Source of the DNA: Polyangiaceae bacterium
GTDB taxonomy: Bacteria > Myxococcota_A > Polyangia > Polyangiales > Polyangiaceae
Direction of reading: 5' to 3'
Length of the DNA stretch: 64,000 nucleotides
Assembly (NCBI GenBank): GCA_044376115.1
Contig: JBILLK010000012.1
Span: 1 to 64,000 of the forward strand
The translations under genes were made by a program, and so were the position numbers. Shown here piece after piece: positions 62,901 through 64,000 of the stretch (positions are counted from its first letter, which is position 1; each line of letters begins with the position of its first letter). The notes under the pieces were generated by a model, which was given only the letters and a program-made list of their open reading frames with translations, was not told the origin of the DNA and did no database searches.

Positions 62901-64000
62901 CCCAAGGCGGCCGCACAACTCGAGGCTCTTTACAGCCAGGAGAAGCGCTTCCAAGACCTGGTAACGCTCTACGAGCGAATGCTCGAGGTGAGTAAGTCTC
63001 CAATCGAGACTGCCCCCTTGCGAGTAAAGATTGCTCGTACTGCACGAGCCGAGCTGTTTGATTCAGCGCGCGCCTTCGATGAATTGGAAGCCGCGCTGTC
63101 CGATGATCCGGGCTCCGCTGAAGCAGTGCTCGAACTCGAGGGGATCCTTGGCAAGCCCGAGGAAGACAAGGCCGACGCCTCACGGGAGATCTTGGCTGAG
63201 CGAGCACGCGCTGCGGAAATGCTCGAACCGGTCTATCTGAAGCAAGGCGTTTGGCCGAAGGTGCAGCACGCGATCGAAGCTCGGCTTTCAGCGAGCGAAG
63301 ACGCTGGTGAGCGGGCTGAGTTGCTCAAGCGGCTAGCGACCTTGCACGAGGAACAGCTCGACAACTTCGGCGCCGCGATGGAGGCAAACGCCAAGCTCCT
63401 CCATGAAGACATCGGCGATCGTGCGGTTTGGGGCGAGCTCGAGCGGCTCGCCAAAGCCTCGGAGACCGAACGCCGTCTCGCCGAGATCTTCGCTAACGAA
63501 CTCAGCTCGGTCGAGATCGATGACCCGACCTCCGCTCAGCTCGCAAGGCGAACCGGCGAGATCTTCGGCGAGGTCGGTGACGACGAGAACTCGTTGCTCT
63601 GGTACCGCCGTGCTCACAAGTTCGAACCGGAGGATCGTCAGCTTTATTCGGCCATTGAGAAGCTGCTGATCAAGCATGACCGCCACGGCGAGCGGGCCGA
63701 CCTGATGAAGGGCGCCTTGGACTACCGCGAGGGAGCTGAGAAGACAGCCCTCTTGCACACGCTGGCAGGCCTCGAGGATTCCAAACTCGAGCGGCCTCAA
63801 GACGCGATCGAAACCTACAAGTCGGCGCTCGATGTCGATAGCAGGGACGATCACGCACTCGACAAGCTCACCGAGCTTTACTCGCGCCTCGAGCGCCATC
63901 GCGATCTTGCAGACCTCTACCAGCTCAGGGCTGATTCGAGCGACACTCCCGAAAAGGCAGCTCCCTTCCGACTTGCACTGTCGAGAACGCTCCGCGAGAA
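56901..64000 (+). CDS. Giant TPR-repeat protein (more than 2360 aa, runs off the window), AgmK-like
   Basis: Not in the ORF track because there is no stop. ATG 56901 MTVDSIRVVLGRLQDDPENEIAW; same frame read at 60003, 62043 and 63963; recurring A...Y..(V/L)L..DP....A...LE.LY repeats. Confidence 0.9.
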   Translation, partial: MTVDSIRVVLGRLQDDPENEIAWEQLAEIVTAPGTPEVELLRLLEQARARFERRREWLGVARLLEMELSLSEGEEPAMQAELARICDEELLDSGRARAAYERLLELEAGEQLKGRAKLFIQSDAEKRGKWTELVERLAGESEGAQDDALRAGLLLAAADVALRYGGASADAAKVAEYVEKAIGLDPKVKRGAVHAEVALQNEPTRLVAVLKVILAGSGAKEDRVAAGIKAGRILARRLSDRDGAVEVFQQVLDLSPGQTDSLSFLAEAYNETEQWDHLVALYEDQLKGGVRGEAEQGITLQIGMVHWKRRGKPEAAEPHFDRLRKTDPTNGAVISFFREYLREKGDNQKLATVLGEAQRASSDPQLKKELGAEIAKLAESSDNAQKAIEQYKAVLKVDPLDVTAREALKRLYTNAGNFPALVDLLRHDVERLPADDKLGRAAILREIAAVHRNQTKNEQQLVQVLQQIIALDDQEQDALRELIRIYEPLGRMRDLLTTQQRLAEITADNDEKAELFRAVARRWAEQFSNVQNAISAYERLIEIRPTDEEARTKLRELYTKRRSWPQLYALHEIELRDAEGSARIELLTEMAKLAAERLDRGADAIKIQKQILDLDPSQTAIFDALEKQTEREKDYTTLAEVLERRVDSTADVPGKLNLLQKLGAVYADRLKDAEQATKTWKRVLELSPGQAKALRVLRESYVAAGDFAALEDLYASQNDWDNLADFLSSSADKITATDVDAGKQKVELSFRAAAVYESKLNAPERATRSYERVLTVDGSNAQAARALVPIYEKEERWARLPALYEILLSVAESKEESVALLRRLSQVTGGPLADKGSALNCARRAYELVPDEANLEHLEAAARAASSWGPFVEAIEKRLGETEANPLEPTHERSLRLKLAMAYARELGKIDEAVAGYRALVQSDPTDAATIADFDELLRGAERRDDLRWLFGIRAEAASGRDRAGIFEEWATLEEDVFANPHQAIELYSKAAELEPTRKDTLKALSRLLLAEGQHRAAAEVVARHRDLCEGAERAEREVELATLHIDHLGNPEEAFTACERALELRPRDPDVISILSRLVEVPNTRGRAAVLLQAAFAELGDARREAQMLRVMIETTLEPSHRLELHVLLAEVEDKKQGAPGAAFDVILRILNEFPSELSLWDQALTLSQKAGRPTDMAEAYRTHIVIQDPETATIQTDVELVLCDRAANLHDQELGDSDGAIPYLKRILGMDVGNTGAFDRLKQILTSAERWGELEELFDQAARAAEDASTKIALLTEVAMIAEEVIGVPQKAIAYHERILEIDSLHAASLDALEKLYEDEERYGDLAALLERRLETAIEDEAVDIRLYLGRLYLEQLLVPARALNHIEHILKARPDDADARELAERMLEIGSLRLPTAQLLEGVYEVRDEVRALVRMLEIRLESTKAGREGAEGQREELLRRIGELRDERLHDDAGAFDALAQLCPMVPDDGSVRERLTEIGRRLGKNEQVATVLTSAAEAADNKSVRAEILMQVAALYESALGDDKKAEEVYRQLLAIDPNDVSIVVPAARALSRLQAASGAYAALAETLEIEAKLEESLDTRKAIYERLGDLYETSTNEPQKAISAWKSRLAEDDADEKALTALERLYEAEKAHAELVEILVRREAVASEPEDRKRAMVKAAGIYADKLDDPKRAAMMWRSVLDAFGPDRAAHAALAELHQKAGKHQDLADIIEADLALADDQADQIQLYRRLGDVRRNDLHDVDGAIDAYRLALNLDPNDQKTRAALESMLDDANARRSVSELLHPLYEADGDAERLLRILDIEAEVAETPAQKLEKIEKARATCEGPLGDPKRAYEYARRAMKEAAQDDSAAKQQETLERLTAETQQWEATATLYREIEAEILDGDVQHEVLVRIGQISTEKLSNTAVAIEYYKRALENRPADRRVLLALEELHQQAEDHKSLLDILKRREEAAESDEERKQLMFRRSEILRDKLGDPAGAISELEAVLELEVDPKAAAQLEALYSQEKRFQDLVTLYERMLEVSKSPIETAPLRVKIARTARAELFDSARAFDELEAALSDDPGSAEAVLELEGILGKPEEDKADASREILAERARAAEMLEPVYLKQGVWPKVQHAIEARLSASEDAGERAELLKRLATLHEEQLDNFGAAMEANAKLLHEDIGDRAVWGELERLAKASETERRLAEIFANELSSVEIDDPTSAQLARRTGEIFGEVGDDENSLLWYRRAHKFEPEDRQLYSAIEKLLIKHDRHGERADLMKGALDYREGAEKTALLHTLAGLEDSKLERPQDAIETYKSALDVDSRDDHALDKLTELYSRLERHRDLADLYQLRADSSDTPEKAAPFRLALSRTLRE

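Overview
GC-rich, gene-dense chromosomal window. Gene content (several Hanks-type Ser/Thr kinases, PEGA/TPR proteins, many Cys- and Gly-rich lipoproteins, a myxobacterial-type ECF sigma factor, a giant TPR protein) points to a myxobacterium, probably Polyangiaceae/Sorangium-like (inference). The left end holds an orphan type VI secretion cargo operon on the minus strand: hypothetical - vgrG - TPR protein - PAAR-like/Rhs toxin, truncated by the window edge before the toxin tip. The right end holds a TPR protein of more than 2300 aa, also truncated. Neither truncated gene is in the ORF track. Between them are argJ fused to a degenerate acetylglutamate-kinase domain, a lipoprotein nuclease, tRNA-Leu(TAA), Lrp/MarC, an ECF41-type sigma operon, a fasciclin-DUF393-esterase-Nei run, a desaturase/reductase/MerR unit, three kinases, rsmG, a CotH-like protein, an aminotransferase, glgC and hbd/crt. 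Most notable observations: (1) the ArgJ-pseudokinase fusion, which looks like an arginine-feedback module; (2) a TPR protein in the adaptor position between vgrG and rhs; (3) two copies of a TPR-Ig-hydrophobic hairpin-beta-signal gene paired with a Cys-rich lipoprotein; (4) a CarH/CarA-like 11-bp repeat operator. No CRISPR array, rRNA, transposase or integrase was seen. All calls are by eye, without database searches.
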